NCBI GenBank assembly: GCA_963742155.1
Contig: CAVUKY010000004.1
Span: 60,183-124,182, forward strand
Source of the DNA: Bryobacterales bacterium
GTDB lineage: Bacteria > Acidobacteriota > Terriglobia > Bryobacterales > Bryobacteraceae
Length of the DNA: 64,000 bases
Direction: 5' to 3'
Positions 1 to 10,511 of the stretch are shown piece after piece. Below the pieces are notes generated by a model. The model was given only the letters and a program-made list of their open reading frames with translations, searched no databases and was not told where the DNA came from. Position 1 is the stretch's first letter; the number at the start of each line of letters is the position of its first letter. The translations under genes were made by a program, and so were the position numbers.

Positions 1-2080
1 ACTCCGGATTGAAGGCCTTCTTCACTTCGGCCATCACCTGGTCTTCCACCTTGGACGGAACTCCGCTGAGCGAGGGCGCCGAGAATCCAATGGACGCCTT
101 CTTGTCGAGGAAGCGCGCGCCCAGGTTGGACGTCATGATGATGATGGTGTTCTTGAAGTCCACCGTGTTGCCGAGACCATCGGTGAGTTGCCCGTCCTCG
201 AAAACCTGGAGCAGGATGTTGTAGACATCCGGATGAGCCTTCTCGATTTCGTCGAGCAGGATGATGGAGTACGGGGCGCGCTTCACGCGCTCGGTGAGCT
301 GGCCGCCCTCCTCATACCCGACATAGCCGGGAGGCGAGCCGATCAGCTTCGAGACCGAGTGCTTTTCCATGAACTCCGACATGTCGAAGCGAATGAGCGA
401 TTTTTCGCTGCCGAACAGGAATTCGGCCAGCGCACGGGCCACTTCGGTTTTGCCAACGCCGGTGGGGCCGAGGAACAGGAACGATCCAGCGGGACGCTTG
501 GGAGATTTTAGTCCGGCACGGGAACGGCGGATGGCGCGGGCCAGCGCGGAGATGGCTTTCTCCTGGCTGATAACGCGCTTGTGCAGCTCTTCTTCGATGC
601 GAATGAGCTTGGAGATTTCTTCCTCGCGGATGGCGGTCATCGGGACGCCGGTCCAACGAGCGACCACGTCTTCGATGTCGTCTTTGGTGACCACGCCGGT
701 GGAGGTGTCGTCCAGATTGTATTTCTCACGCAACAGGCGCAGATTCTCGCGCTCCTTGCGCTCCTCGTCCGAATAGAAGCGCGCCTTCTCGAACTCGTGA
801 TTCGCGATGGCGTTCTCCATGCGATGCACGATGAACTTGATGCGCTTCTGGATGTCGGCCACTTCGCCGGGAAGCGTGGTCTGGCGCAGCTTCACGCGCG
901 CGCCCGCTTCGTCGATCAGATCGATGGCCTTGTCCGGCAAGAAACGATCCGGAATAAAGCGCGTGGAGGCGTGCACCGCGGTTTCGATGGCTTCGTCGGT
1001 ATAAGCGACGGCGTGGAATTTCTCGTAGCGCTCCTTGATGCCGAAGAGAATACGGATGGCATCCGTTTCGTTGGGCGGGGGAACTTTTACGGCTTGGAAG
1101 CGGCGCTCGAGCGACCGGTCCTTCTCGATGGACTTGCGATATTCGCCCGGAGTGGTGGCGCCAATGCACTGGATTTCGCCGCGCGAAAGGGCCGGCTTCA
1201 GAATATTGGCGGCATCCAGCGAACCTTCGGCGGAGCCCGCGCCCACCAGGGTATGCAGCTCGTCGATGAAGATGATGGCGTTCTGATTCTCCATCAGCTC
1301 TTTCATGATGGTCTTCAAGCGCTCTTCAAACTGGCCGCGATACTTGGTACCGGCCACGATGAGCGAAAGGTCGAGAGCCAGGATGCGCTTGTCGGCGAGG
1401 AACGAAGGAACGTCGCCATCCGCGATTTTCTGGGCCAGGCCTTCCACGATAGCGGTTTTGCCGACGCCGGGTTCGCCGATCAGCACCGGGTTGTTCTTTG
1501 TGCGGCGGCAAAGAATCTGCACCACGCGCTCCAGCTCATAATCGCGGCCGATCAGCGGATCGAGCGAGCCGTCCATGGCGGCTTGCGTCAGGTCGCGACT
1601 GAATTCGGCCAGCAACGAGCTTTCCTTGGGACGGTTGGAGGCAACTTTCTCGGACGACGAACGCTGGATCTCTTCGCGCACTTGCGACAGGCGCAAGCCA
1701 CGCTCATGCAGGATCTCGGCGGCAAAACACTTCTCTTCGCGCAGCAGGCCCAGCAGCAGGTGCTCGGTCCCGATGTGCTTGTGATTCAAACGCTCGGCTT
1801 CTTCGGCGCCATAGGCGAGCACACGCTTGCATTCGTGGCTGAGCGGGAGATCCACCGAAGTGGACACCTTCTCACGAATGGTGGTGTGGGCCTCAATTTG
1901 TTTGCGAATGGATTCGATGGCGGCATGGGACCGCAGAAAGCGATTCGCTAAAGCTTTATCCTCCCTAAGAAGACCGAGCAAGAGATGCTCCGTCTCGATA
2001 TAGGGACTTCCAAACTGGCTGGCCTCATATCTTGCAAAGAAGATAACTCGGCGCGCCTTCTCGGTATAACGTTCAAACAT
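1..2080 (-). CDS. clpC: ClpC-type AAA+ Clp ATPase/chaperone; the C-terminus runs off the window start
   Basis: Reverse-strand translation from ATG 2080-2078 gives [20 protein letters not shown]. It has a double Clp_N repeat, D1 Walker A GEPGVGKT, a UVR-like linker [14 protein letters not shown] and D2 Walker [11 protein letters not shown]. The D2 P-loop codon at 487 is in frame with the ATG. There is no stop before position 1, which explains the absence of a minus ORF in the track. Confidence 0.9.
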   Translation of the reverse strand, partial: MFERYTEKARRVIFFARYEASQFGSPYIETEHLLLGLLREDKALANRFLRSHAAIESIRKQIEAHTTIREKVSTSVDLPLSHECKRVLAYGAEEAERLNHKHIGTEHLLLGLLREEKCFAAEILHERGLRLSQVREEIQRSSSEKVASNRPKESSLLAEFSRDLTQAAMDGSLDPLIGRDYELERVVQILCRRTKNNPVLIGEPGVGKTAIVEGLAQKIADGDVPSFLADKRILALDLSLIVAGTKYRGQFEERLKTIMKELMENQNAIIFIDELHTLVGAGSAEGSLDAANILKPALSRGEIQCIGATTPGEYRKSIEKDRSLERRFQAVKVPPPNETDAIRILFGIKERYEKFHAVAYTDEAIETAVHASTRFIPDRFLPDKAIDLIDEAGARVKLRQTTLPGEVADIQKRIKFIVHRMENAIANHEFEKARFYSDEERKERENLRLLREKYNLDDTSTGVVTKDDIEDVVARWTGVPMTAIREEEISKLIRIEEELHKRVISQEKAISALARAIRRSRAGLKSPKRPAGSFLFLGPTGVGKTEVARALAEFLFGSEKSLIRFDMSEFMEKHSVSKLIGSPPGYVGYEEGGQLTERVKRAPYSIILLDEIEKAHPDVYNILLQVFEDGQLTDGLGNTVDFKNTIIIMTSNLGARFLDKKASIGFSAPSLSGVPSKVEDQVMAEVKKAFNPE

Positions 2081-2094
2081 AATAACCGCCGTCC

Positions 2095-2853
2095 TTACAC
2101 ATTATCGGATGTTCCAGGGCCTGCCGACAGAGCAGGTACGTCTTCTCCAGACTGGTGGGCTCCAGACCAACGAGTCAAATCCCCTTTTTCCAACTGCAGA
2201 ATCCGGTCGCATCGGGTGGCAAATGAGAGGTTGTGCGTAACGTAGATGGAGGTCAGCTTATGAGAGCGGTGCAGATCCTGGAGCAGGGAAATGATCATTT
2301 CGCCGGTCCGGAAGTCCAGGTTCCCGGTAGGCTCGTCGGCGAGCAAAACAGAGGGGTTACCGGCCAAGGCTCTAGCGACTGCAACACGCTGCTGCTCGCC
2401 TCCCGACAATTCTCCCGCGCGGTGTGAGGCGCGGTTTCGTAATCCAACTTCATCCAACCTCGCCATTGAAACAGGCTCCGCATCCTGGATACGATCGCCC
2501 CGTATCAGCAACGGCATCATCACGTTCTCGAGCGCCGTAAATTCCGGCAGCAGCGAGTGATTCTGCCAAACGAACCCAATCTCCCGGTTGCGAAACTCGG
2601 CGAGCTCGGTGTCCGAGAAATTGGAAATGTCCTGGTGTCCGAAGTATATCGTACCGCCTGAAGGCCTGTCCAGACCTCCCAGCAAGTACATCAGGGTACT
2701 TTTGCCGGCGCCGGATTCGCCAATCAGCGCGAGGCTTTCGCCGGGCTCGATGGAGAAGCTAAGATCTTGAAACACCACCAAATCGGTTCCGCCGGAGCGG
2801 AACGTTTTGGTGAGGTTGACGCCGCGGAAGCCGCGGGCGCCGTCGGTTTCCAT
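2095..2853 (-). CDS. lolD: ABC transporter ATP-binding protein, LolD/MacB-type
   Basis: Intact ORF 2095..2853 (252 aa). Walker [13 protein letters not shown] signature [15 protein letters not shown], Walker [13 protein letters not shown]-loop YVTHN. The subfamily call (LolD versus other MacB-like ATPases) is tentative. Confidence 0.7.
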   Translation of the reverse strand: METDGARGFRGVNLTKTFRSGGTDLVVFQDLSFSIEPGESLALIGESGAGKSTLMYLLGGLDRPSGGTIYFGHQDISNFSDTELAEFRNREIGFVWQNHSLLPEFTALENVMMPLLIRGDRIQDAEPVSMARLDEVGLRNRASHRAGELSGGEQQRVAVARALAGNPSVLLADEPTGNLDFRTGEMIISLLQDLHRSHKLTSIYVTHNLSFATRCDRILQLEKGDLTRWSGAHQSGEDVPALSAGPGTSDNV

Positions 2854-2890
2854 GAATCAGGACCCTCTGATACTAGGCTAGCAGACGAGG

Positions 2891-3001
2891 CAATTGGTTG
2901 TTGGCTGTTGGCGATTGGCTGTTGGCGATTGGCTGTTGGCGATTGGCTGTTGGCGATTGGCTGTTGGCGATTGGCAGGTCGGTGTTCGCTGTTTGGGGGC
3001 C
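2891..3001. repeat. 14-bp tandem repeat array
   Basis: Five perfect copies of CTGTTGGCGATTGG (2905-2974) are flanked by degenerate copies (2891-2904, 2975-3001). The array lies in the 316-nt gap between divergent genes. Confidence 0.85.
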
Positions 3002-3018
3002 AACAGCTAAGAGCTAAT

Positions 3019-3152
3019 GGCCAAGGGCCACTGGCAAGGAGGCGCAGCCGACTACTGGCTGTTGGTTTGTTAGCTATTGGCCATTTGGCAGTCAGCGGTG
3101 GATAACTAAGGGCCAAAGGCCAAGGGCCACTGGCAGGGAGGCGCAGCCGACT
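3019..3152. repeat. Pair of 35-bp direct repeats
   Basis: GGCCAAGGGCCACTGGCA(A/G)GGAGGCGCAGCCGACT occurs at 3019-3053 and 3118-3152 with one mismatch. Each copy is followed within 12 nt by ACTGGCT. Confidence 0.8.
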
Positions 3153-3169
3153 TATATACTGGCTCAGAA

Positions 3170-4116
3170 ATGAAAATTCCAACCTTTGAAGAATTACCGA
3201 TACGCAAAGACTTGCCGGCCGATTGTTCGTGGGGTGTGTTCGGCGACGACGACGCGCTGGGGTGCTTGAATTTTTTGACGCCTGAGGGGGTGGTGGAGGC
3301 GGCGGGACTGGTGCAGATCGGGCAAAGTGTTCCGGCTGGACGCGAAGATGGGTTTCGCCAAGCCGCCACTGTTCGGGCGCGCCGTGGCGGAGCATCGAGT
3401 GTCGCCTCTCGCGCCGATGGCCAACGACGACTTCGTGCACTTCAACACGCAGGAAGGAAGCCAGTGGGACGGCCTGGGACACGTGGGGCACGTCCGGCAC
3501 GAGCGCTTCTATAGCAATGTGACGATCGACGAAGTGCGGGGCGGGAACGCCAAGCTGGGCATTCATCATTGGGCGAACAAGTTCGTGGGGCGCGGGTTGC
3601 TGATCGACGCGTTTGGGTATCGGAAGGCGAAGGGGATTCCGGTGAATGCGCTGGAGCGCGAGGTCTACACGCTGGGGGAATTGAAGGCGGCGATGGAACA
3701 TCAAGGCAGCGCGCTCAAGCCGGGCACGATCCTGCTGGTGCGGACGGGCTGGATGGAGTCGTATGAGAAGCTGACTCGCCGACGGGAAGCGCGCGATTGC
3801 GCCCATGGAGAAGATGCGCTCGGCCGGCATCGAAGCCAGCCGTGAGATGGTGGCGTGGATGTGGAACAATCGCGTGGCGGCGATTGGAACGGATTGCCCG
3901 TCGGTGGAGGCGTTTCCCTCCGACTTCACGGATGAAGGCATCCTGCATTATCGCGCGCTGCCGTTGCTGGGGCTGCCGCTGGGTGAGCTTTTCGTGCTGG
4001 CGCCGCTGGCTGAAGATTGCGCGCGGGACGGGCGCTACGAGTTCATGGTGGTTTCCGCACCGCTGAATGTGGAAGGCGGAATTGCGTCGCCGCCGAATGC
4101 GGTGGCAATTAAGTAA
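3170..4116 (+). CDS. Cyclase-family protein (arylformamidase-like), frame-disrupted (2 breaks)
   Basis: ORFs 3170..3514, 3327..3845 and 3805..4116 join into one protein, with breaks near 3325 and 3780. It carries the QEGSQWDGLGHVGH motif typical of putative cyclase-family proteins. Confidence 0.7.
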
Positions 4117-4119
4117 GGG

Positions 4120-5889
4120 CTAGATCGCTTCGAGTTCTTCTTCGAGCAACTGCTTCTGATACAGGTCGGCGTAATAGCCGCCGCTGCGGATCAGTTGGGC
4201 GTGGGTGCCCTGCTCGGCCACTTCACCATGCTCGATGACGAAGATCCGGCTGGCGTTCTGGACGGTGGAGACGCGGTGCGAGATCAGGATGGTGGTGCGG
4301 CCGCGCATGACGTCCGGCGAGTCCCTGGAGAATGCGCTCTTCGGTGAGCGTGTCCACGCTTGCGAGCGCGTCGTCGAGGATCAGGATCTTTGGATCGCGC
4401 AAGATGGCGCGCGCGATGGCGACGCGTTGCTTCTGGCCGCCCGATAGCGTGATGCCGCGTTCGCCGATGATGGTGTCGTAACCTTCGGGGAAGCTCGCGA
4501 TGTCGGGCGCGAGGCCAGCCAGTTCGGCGGCGCGGGCGATGTCGTCTTCCGCGGCATTGTCCACCGTCTCCTGTCTACGCCCCAGGCGATATTTTCGGCC
4601 AGCGTGGCGCTGAACAGGAACGTTTCCTGCGGGACGAAGCCAATCTGGCGGCGGAGCCATTCCGGATCGAAATCGCGCACGTCGACGCCATCCAGAAAGA
4701 CGGCGCCGCGCGTGGGATCCATGAGACGCGGGATCAGACTCACCAGCGTGCTCTTGCCGCTGCCGGTGTGGCCGACGATGGCGACGGTTGCGCCGGCGGG
4801 AATCTCGAGAGAGATGTTCTTGAGCGCGTAGCCTGCCGGGTATTTCATCTCGACGCTGTCGAAACGAAGAGCGCCAAGAATGGAATACGAGGGAGACGGG
4901 GAATACGAGGAATTGCGGCGGCGGATGCTTGGCTTTTCATGCATCAGCTCCATGATCCGGCTCCAGGAGGCGGTGCCGCGCTGCATCAGATTCACCACCC
5001 ATCCGAGCGCGATCATGGGCCAGACCAGCATGCCCATGTAGGTGTTGAACATGACGAAACTGCCGAGCGAAATGCGGTGCGCGAGCAACTGATAGCCGCC
5101 GGCCAGCAGCACGATCAGGAATCCGACGCCGATGAGGGCTTGCAGCAACGGCATGAAGAACGCCGACAGCTTGGCGAGCCCGATGTTTTGGGCGACGTAT
5201 TCCTGATTGAGCAGCTCGAACTTCCGGATCTCGGGCTGCTCCTGCGCATAAGCGCGAATCACGCGCACGCCGGAGAGATTCTCCTGAACGCGGCTGCTGA
5301 TGTCGGAAAACATCTTCTGGATGGTTTCGAAACGATCGTGGATGCGGCGGCCGAACAGGATCACCGCCACGCTGACCAGCGGCGCGGGAATGAGACAGAA
5401 CAGCGTAAGCCGCCAATCCACGCGCCACATCACGCCGATCAGGAAGAGGGCGGTGAAGAAGGTCTCGGTGAAGTACATGATGCCGGGGCCGAGCATCATG
5501 CGAACGGCGTTCAGATCGTTGGTGGCGCGCGCCATGATATCGCCGGTGCGGTATTTCGCGTAAAAGTCCTGCGAGAGGGTGACGATATGGGAGAACAGAT
5601 CGTTGCGCAGATCGAACTCGATGTCGCGCGAGAGGCCGATGAGGATGACGCGCATCCAGTATTGAAAAATCCCCTTGACCACCGAGAGCAGGACCACCAG
5701 AGCGGCGAATTCAAAGACCAGCGAGAGGCGAAAGCCTTTCATCAGCGAATCGATGCCGCTGCGGATGGCGAGTGGCAGCGCGGCCTTCATGAGGTCGGTC
5801 AACAAAAGCGCGCCCATGCCGAGCGCCATATCGCGGCGGTACTTCCAGAGATAGGGCCACACCGACTTTACGATCGCTTTGGTCTTCAT
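4120..5889 (-). CDS. Fused ABC transporter permease/ATPase (MsbA/MdlB-like exporter), frame-disrupted (2 breaks)
   Basis: ORF 4381..5889 holds the six-TM domain plus Walker [13 protein letters not shown] 4223..4660 holds the signature [15 protein letters not shown] and Walker B ILILDDA. ORF 4120..4308 holds the H-loop ILISHR and the C-terminus. Breaks are near 4575 and 4315. Confidence 0.85.
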
Positions 5890-5929
5890 TTGGAAACTAC
5901 ATCCCGAGATTTGGAAACTACATCCCGAG
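5888..5929. repeat. Perfect 21-bp tandem duplication
   Basis: ATTTGGAAACTACATCCCGAG occurs at 5888-5908 and 5909-5929. It spans the ABC exporter start codon (5889-5887) and the stop of the upstream DUF218-like gene (5920-5918). Confidence 0.85.
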
Positions 5930-6505
5930 CCAGGTGGCCACGGTCTTCATCCATTCCAGCAAAAAAGTCTTGCGGCCTTCCCGATTCTTCCACCATCCAT
6001 CCGGCGTGAAGTAGAGGTCGGGGGCGGCCACCATGTGGATTTCGAGACCGGGGGCGAGTTTGGGAACCTAGGCGCGATAGATGTTGCCGGCGCGGCGGGT
6101 GTGATAGTCGCTGGTGACGATGTCGATGCGGCGGGCGTGCCGTTTGGTCAAAGCGGCGAGAACGTCGGCGGCTTCGTCCTTGGTGGATAGGTCATCGTTG
6201 GGCAGCGGGATAAAGTAAGACTCGGGATAGCCGTGACGGACGGCGAACGGAATGGCGAGGTCGGTCTCGTGCAATCCATATTCGCCCGAGGGACCGCTGA
6301 CCAACGCCTTGGGAGCGAATCCGCGCCGTACCAGATCGCCGGCGGCGAGGATGCGGTTGCCGGAGAAATCGCCCGCCAGCACGACAATCATGTCGGCGTG
6401 GGCGGGAGACTCAGCGCGCACCAGGTATTGGCCGAGCGCGGCGAGCCAAAAGTGAGAAGTTGACGGCCAGCAGAAGAGGCAATGACTACGACGGCGGCCA
6501 GCCAT
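5918..6505 (-). CDS. YdcF/DUF218-family protein with an in-frame TAG
   Basis: ORF 6068..6505 has the DUF218 core (IVVLAGDFSGNRI, VTSDYHTRRA). After TAG at 6070-6068 the same frame continues for 49 codons (VPKLAPGLEIHMVAAPDLYFTPDGWWKNREGRKTFLLEWMKTVATWLGM) to TAG 5920-5918. The N-terminal anchor appears shifted to another frame above about 6460. Confidence 0.6.
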
Positions 6506-6545
6506 CGCGAAAGACGATGAGGTTTGCGAGTACGAAGGGCGCGCG

Positions 6546-7064
6546 CTACTTGTCCTCAGAGGAGGTCTTCTGATCCAGATGGCCCACCGACTTCAGCCTC
6601 TGGAACATGCGCTCCACTTCAGCTTCGTCGTCGGGGAGCAGGAGCGGATAGCGCGGCGGCGGCAACTGCTTTTTCGCGATGGCGCCCACGGTAGCTTCGC
6701 CCCAGAACTGCCGGTAGGGCACGCCGTCGATCAAAGCTTCACGAGCATGCCGGCGCAGGCTGCGTAGCAAGCCGCTGGAGGAATTGGGATCGCCGGGGTA
6801 GATCACCAGGATGCGCGTTTTGTCGGCCAAGGTGAGGCGCACCATCAGAGGAAGATTCGCGCTGCGATCCAAACGGCGGATGTGCCGCCAGGGGATGGCA
6901 TGGTTGCCGATCTTCACGTGACTTTCGTAAATCTCAACCGAAGGCCGCGATGCCAGGTAAAGCACGATGACAGCGATGGCGAGGAACAGCCCGGTGGCGA
7001 TCCAACACAACGGCCACAGCAATGCGAACCAGAAAGAAAAGCCGGTGAGCGCCAGTGCCGTCAA
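6546..7064 (-). CDS. Membrane protein with two N-terminal TM helices and a PH-like domain (tentative)
   Basis: Intact ORF of 172 aa. Hydrophobic segments FSFWFALLWPLCWIATGLFLAIAVIVLYL are followed by a soluble domain. There is no recognisable catalytic motif. Confidence 0.45.
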   Translation of the reverse strand: MTALALTGFSFWFALLWPLCWIATGLFLAIAVIVLYLASRPSVEIYESHVKIGNHAIPWRHIRRLDRSANLPLMVRLTLADKTRILVIYPGDPNSSSGLLRSLRRHAREALIDGVPYRQFWGEATVGAIAKKQLPPPRYPLLLPDDEAEVERMFQRLKSVGHLDQKTSSEDK

Positions 7065-7151
7065 GCCGGCCCAAAAGTAAGTGGCCGGGCACTCGATAAC
7101 AGCGTGATTGGCGCTGGCACTCTTTCAGACTACTCCGGCGCGCAGCGCACG

Positions 7152-7686
7152 TCAATGAGCGGTTTGCCTCAACAATACTATGGCTCTCCACATGTAGTGC
7201 AGGCCGCTGACAATTGTCCCAAGCACCATTAAACAAAGGGCCAGAGTGACTGGCGCCGGGATACCCGCGCGCGCTCCCATGACCACTAGCGCGGCCGCAA
7301 TCTGAAAGAAAGTGCTGATCTTACCCCACACCGACGGGGGAAATTTTCGTACCGGAGTGAACAACAATCCGTAGGCCGCCATCAGCGAGGATCAGCACGT
7401 CGCGGCCGAAGACCACGGCCACCATCCACCAGGGCATGGCGCCCGCGAGGCCGAGGGAAATATAGATCACGCTGAGGAGAATTTTGTCGGCGATGGGATC
7501 GAAGTAGGCGCCGGCGGGCGTGGAGGATTGGAATCGCCGCGCGAGGAATCCGTCGATGACATCGGTGAACCCGGCGACGAAAAGGAGAATGATGGCTCGG
7601 CCGTAGCGATTGTGCAGAATGTCGGATGCGATGAATGGCGCGAGAAGGAGACGGGCGAGGGTGAAGAGGTTGGGGAGATTGAACAA
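7152..7686 (-). CDS. pgsA: CDP-alcohol phosphatidyltransferase (PgsA-like), frame-disrupted (1 break)
   Basis: ORFs 7321..7686 and 7152..7382 join near 7385. The family motif DGxxARx8Gx3Dx3D is visible as DVIDGFLARRFQSSTPAGAYFDPIADK. Confidence 0.7.
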
Positions 7687-7698
7687 GGAGAGCTCAGG

Positions 7699-8655
7699 TC
7701 AGTCACTAACAGCGTGGGCGACGCGGGTGGCCAGTTGATCGAAAGTCAGGATCTCATAGAGCGAAGGATCGGACATGATGCGAGCCACCAGCGCGGTGTG
7801 CATGGCGTGTCCGGCGCGTTCGGCGATCACGTGACCCAGCAGCGGCTTGCCGATCAGCGCCAGATCGCCGATCAGATCCAGCGCCTTGTGCCGGCAGCAT
7901 TCGTCCGGGAAGCGCAAGCCTTCGGGATTCTGCACGCCCTGGCGATCGAAGCAGATGGCATTGTCGAGCGCCGCGCCGCGAATCAGGCCCATGTCGCGCA
8001 TCTGATCCAGCTCATGCATCGAAGCCGAAGGTTCGCGCCGGCGCGATCTCGCGCGCATAGCGCTCCGGCGTCACTTCCATGTCGAGAGATTGCTTGCCGA
8101 TCAGCGGGTGATCGTAGAAAACGTCGCAGGTGAGAAGAAACCGGTCCGACGGCAGAATGGTGATGCGTTTCGATCCGGCCTCCACAGTCACCGGGCGGCG
8201 GATCGCAGGAAGCGCTTGCGCCGGCGGTAGGATTTCAATCCGGCGGCATTCAACAAGTCGACAAAAGGCGACCCGCTGCCGTCCAGGATGGGCACTTCCA
8301 GGTTGTCGATCTCGACATAGGCGTTGTCGACGCCCATGCTGTAGAACACGCTGAGCAGATGCTCGGTGGTGGAGATCAGCACGCCCTGCCGCATCAGGCT
8401 GGTGGCGTAACTGACGCGCGCGACGTAGCGCCAACTGGCGGGAATGGGAAAATTGTCGAGGTCGGTGCGGAGGAAGACGATGCCTGTGGAAGGAGGCGCC
8501 GGAAGGATACGAATGGTGACAGGGACGCCGCTGTGAAGTCCGACCCCTTTGGCCTCGACGGGCCGCTGGACGGTGGTCTCAAACCGCAATGCGGCTTCCT
8601 TTAGGTAACTCGGTTCGCTCGATTCGCACGCTACTATCTCAACTGGACGTTTCAT
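7699..8655 (-). CDS. lpxC: UDP-3-O-acyl-GlcNAc deacetylase, frame-disrupted (2 breaks)
   Basis: ORFs 8188..8655 (TVQRPVEAKGVGLHSGVPV, TTEHLLS), 8012..8434 (tail) and 7699..8058 (RFPDECCRHKALDLIGDLAL, AGHAMH) join near 8200 and 8040. Confidence 0.85.
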
Positions 8656-8842
8656 TTTACAAGGGACTAACCCAGGCCGCTAGCTGTTTGATTCAAAAAG
8701 CTTTGTAAAGTTTAGTGTGTTGCAGAAAAGCCACAGACGCGGGACTGACATGTGTCTGAAACAGGTCAAGAAAGAGTTGATTCTGGCGGATAGGTTACGT
8801 TGCTGGACCAACAGAATCGTGTAGCAGATCGTTTAACAGGGT

Positions 8843-9412
8843 ATGAACGGGCAGGACGTGGCCGGCGCTCTTCCGGGCGTGGAAGTTGGCAGCGCGGTGG
8901 ATCGACTGGGATCCTTGTTCGATGTTCATCGCGCGCGTCTCTACCGCTTGGCAAGGCGGCTGGCGCCCAGCAAAGATGATGCCCTGGACCTGGTTCAGGA
9001 AACGTTTCTGAAGGCGGCCCAATTTCCGAAGTCCATACCTTTTGGCGTCGCAAATGAGGAGGCATGGCTGGTGCGGGTGCTCATCAACATCCGCCGCGAC
9101 CAATGGCGCCGGACATCTATGCGCGATCGCCACGACAGAGCGGCGAGCGGAGGCGACGGGGTGGCGAAGAGCGGTGGAGACCCGGAAGCGGCGCTCATTG
9201 CGAGGAACGCCATCTGGCAAGCCCTGGACGCGCTGGCTCCGCGCCGCCGGGCCATCGTGGTGATGGTTGAACTCGAGGGGTTGGGTATTCCGGCGGTTGC
9301 GTCTCTTTTGGGCATCAACGCGGTCACAGTTCGTTGGCACCTATCGAGAGGCAGACGCGATTTGACCGGCGCACTTAAGGCTTACATGGGAGGCCGTGAT
9401 GAGAACCCTTAG
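8843..9412 (+). CDS. ECF-type RNA polymerase sigma-70 family factor
   Basis: Intact ORF of 189 aa. Region 2 (DDALDLVQETFLKA) and region 4 HTH (GIPAVASLLGINAVTVRWHLSRGRRDL) are present. The 3' end overlaps the next ORF by 17 nt. Confidence 0.8.
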   Translation: MNGQDVAGALPGVEVGSAVDRLGSLFDVHRARLYRLARRLAPSKDDALDLVQETFLKAAQFPKSIPFGVANEEAWLVRVLINIRRDQWRRTSMRDRHDRAASGGDGVAKSGGDPEAALIARNAIWQALDALAPRRRAIVVMVELEGLGIPAVASLLGINAVTVRWHLSRGRRDLTGALKAYMGGRDENP

Positions 9413-10019
9413 CGAACTCTTGCGAGAGGCAGACCCGCTTCGGCACGAATCTTTGCCACCTTTGGATCAGCTTGATTCGCACCGTCAGGCGATCAGTGTG
9501 GCGGCTTCGAGCGCCAGTGCGCCAGGCGCGGTGGGATCGCGGAGGCGGATGGCGGTCTTGGCCGCGGCCGCGTTCGTGTTGATCGCGGCGTCGTTCCTCG
9601 GCTCGCGCGTTTGGTCGCTGTTCGTTGGAGACCTGCAGGCAGCGGTCCGCTTTGAAGTACGGTTGGCCGAAGAGAGGCCGGGTCCTGGCTTGCGCGAGGT
9701 AAAGGTGGTGGGTTCGAACCGATCGGTTTACCTTCACGACGAAGTCATCGTTAGCAATAGCGACATCGCGGTGGCTCGAGTGATGCAAGGCCCTGGCCGG
9801 TGGGAATACGCCGTTGGCATCGAGTTCAATGCATCCGGGGCCGAGAAGATGCGGGCAGCTACCGGGAATCACATTGGGCAGCCGCTGGCCGTTCTTTTGG
9901 ATGGCCAGGTGGCTATGGCGCCGACGCTACGGTCGCCCATTGACGCGTCAGCGCGGATCACCGGCAATTTCACGCGGAGTCAGGCCGAGAGGATCGTCAA
10001 GGGAATTGAGATGCGGTGA
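9396..10019 (+). CDS. Single-pass membrane protein, putative anti-sigma partner, with a SecD P1-head-like periplasmic domain
   Basis: Intact ORF of 207 aa overlapping the sigma gene. It has a short cytoplasmic N-terminus and a TM helix (MAVLAAAAFVLIAASFL). The C-terminal block ATGNHIGQPLAVLLDGQVAMAPTLRSPIDASARITGNFTRSQAERIV resembles the SecD motif NIGxxLAIVLDGxVxSAPxIxxxIxGGxAxIxGxFxxxEA. Confidence 0.6.
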   Translation: MMRTLSELLREADPLRHESLPPLDQLDSHRQAISVAASSASAPGAVGSRRRMAVLAAAAFVLIAASFLGSRVWSLFVGDLQAAVRFEVRLAEERPGPGLREVKVVGSNRSVYLHDEVIVSNSDIAVARVMQGPGRWEYAVGIEFNASGAEKMRAATGNHIGQPLAVLLDGQVAMAPTLRSPIDASARITGNFTRSQAERIVKGIEMR

Positions 10020-10126
10020 GGTTCGCCGGTCTCAAAGAAGCGTCGGTTTTGCGACACGGCTTTGCGCCACTCTTGAACCCTGTGCCCTGCCATGCTAATC
10101 TCGCCGCTAAAATGATGAGCGGGCCA

Positions 10127-10334
10127 ATGCACTTTAAGCACGGTACAAGAAATTGAACGCGCGATAGACGCGCTTACTCCGCAGCAGATGGAAGAGCTAT
10201 ACGTATGGCTTGATCAGCGCCATCCGCAGCCTACCGACGCGCAGCTTAAGGCCGATCTTGACGCCGGGCGCATCGACGACCGCATTAATCGCGCCTTGGC
10301 CGACCACAAAGCCGGAAACACACAACCCCTCTAA
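10127..10334 (+). pseudogene. Small antitoxin-like ORF lacking an in-frame start
   Basis: The frame ending at TAA 10332-10334 reads TLSTVQEIERAIDALTPQQMEELYVWLDQRHPQPTDAQLKADLDAGRIDDRINRALADHKAGNTQPL. The nearest ATGs (10112, 10127) are in another frame. It lies directly upstream of a toxin-like remnant. Confidence 0.3.
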
Positions 10335-10346
10335 GCAGCCCGCCTA

Positions 10347-10511
10347 ATGATCCACCGCGCTAACGCGGATTTCTGGGACGACTATCGCATCCTGCCCGCG
10401 CGTGGCGTATCTGCACTCGCTGACAGAGCGAGCGCGCGGCCGCCCCGTAGCAAGAATCTTGCTACCATTGTTCTTGACATGCGACATGTGGCGCGTTACG
10501 GTCCGGGATGA
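10347..10511 (+). pseudogene. Truncated RelE/ParE-superfamily toxin-like remnant (54 codons)
   Basis: It reads MIHRANADFWDDYRILPARGVSALADRA, which resembles the N-terminus of RelE/ParE-type toxins (FWxxYxxLP), then loses similarity. Its stop overlaps the higB ATG. Confidence 0.25.

Noticed and set aside
581-1951. Long plus-strand ORF (456 aa)
   Set aside because: It is antisense to the clearly recognisable clpC gene. Its composition (rich in R, A, G, L, D, H) is typical of a shadow ORF in GC-rich DNA.
2891-3001. Possible CRISPR array
   Set aside because: The units are contiguous 14-mers with no spacers, there is no palindromic repeat of CRISPR length, and no cas genes are present.
2724-3941. 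405-aa minus-strand ORF spanning the repeat block
   Set aside because: It translates the tandem and direct repeats into pseudo-peptides (QPIANS, WPLALS). It also runs antisense through the cyclase gene and across the lolD-like start. It is not a credible protein.
4768-6009. 413-aa plus-strand ORF
   Set aside because: It is antisense to the ABC exporter, whose Walker and signature motifs are unambiguous on the minus strand.
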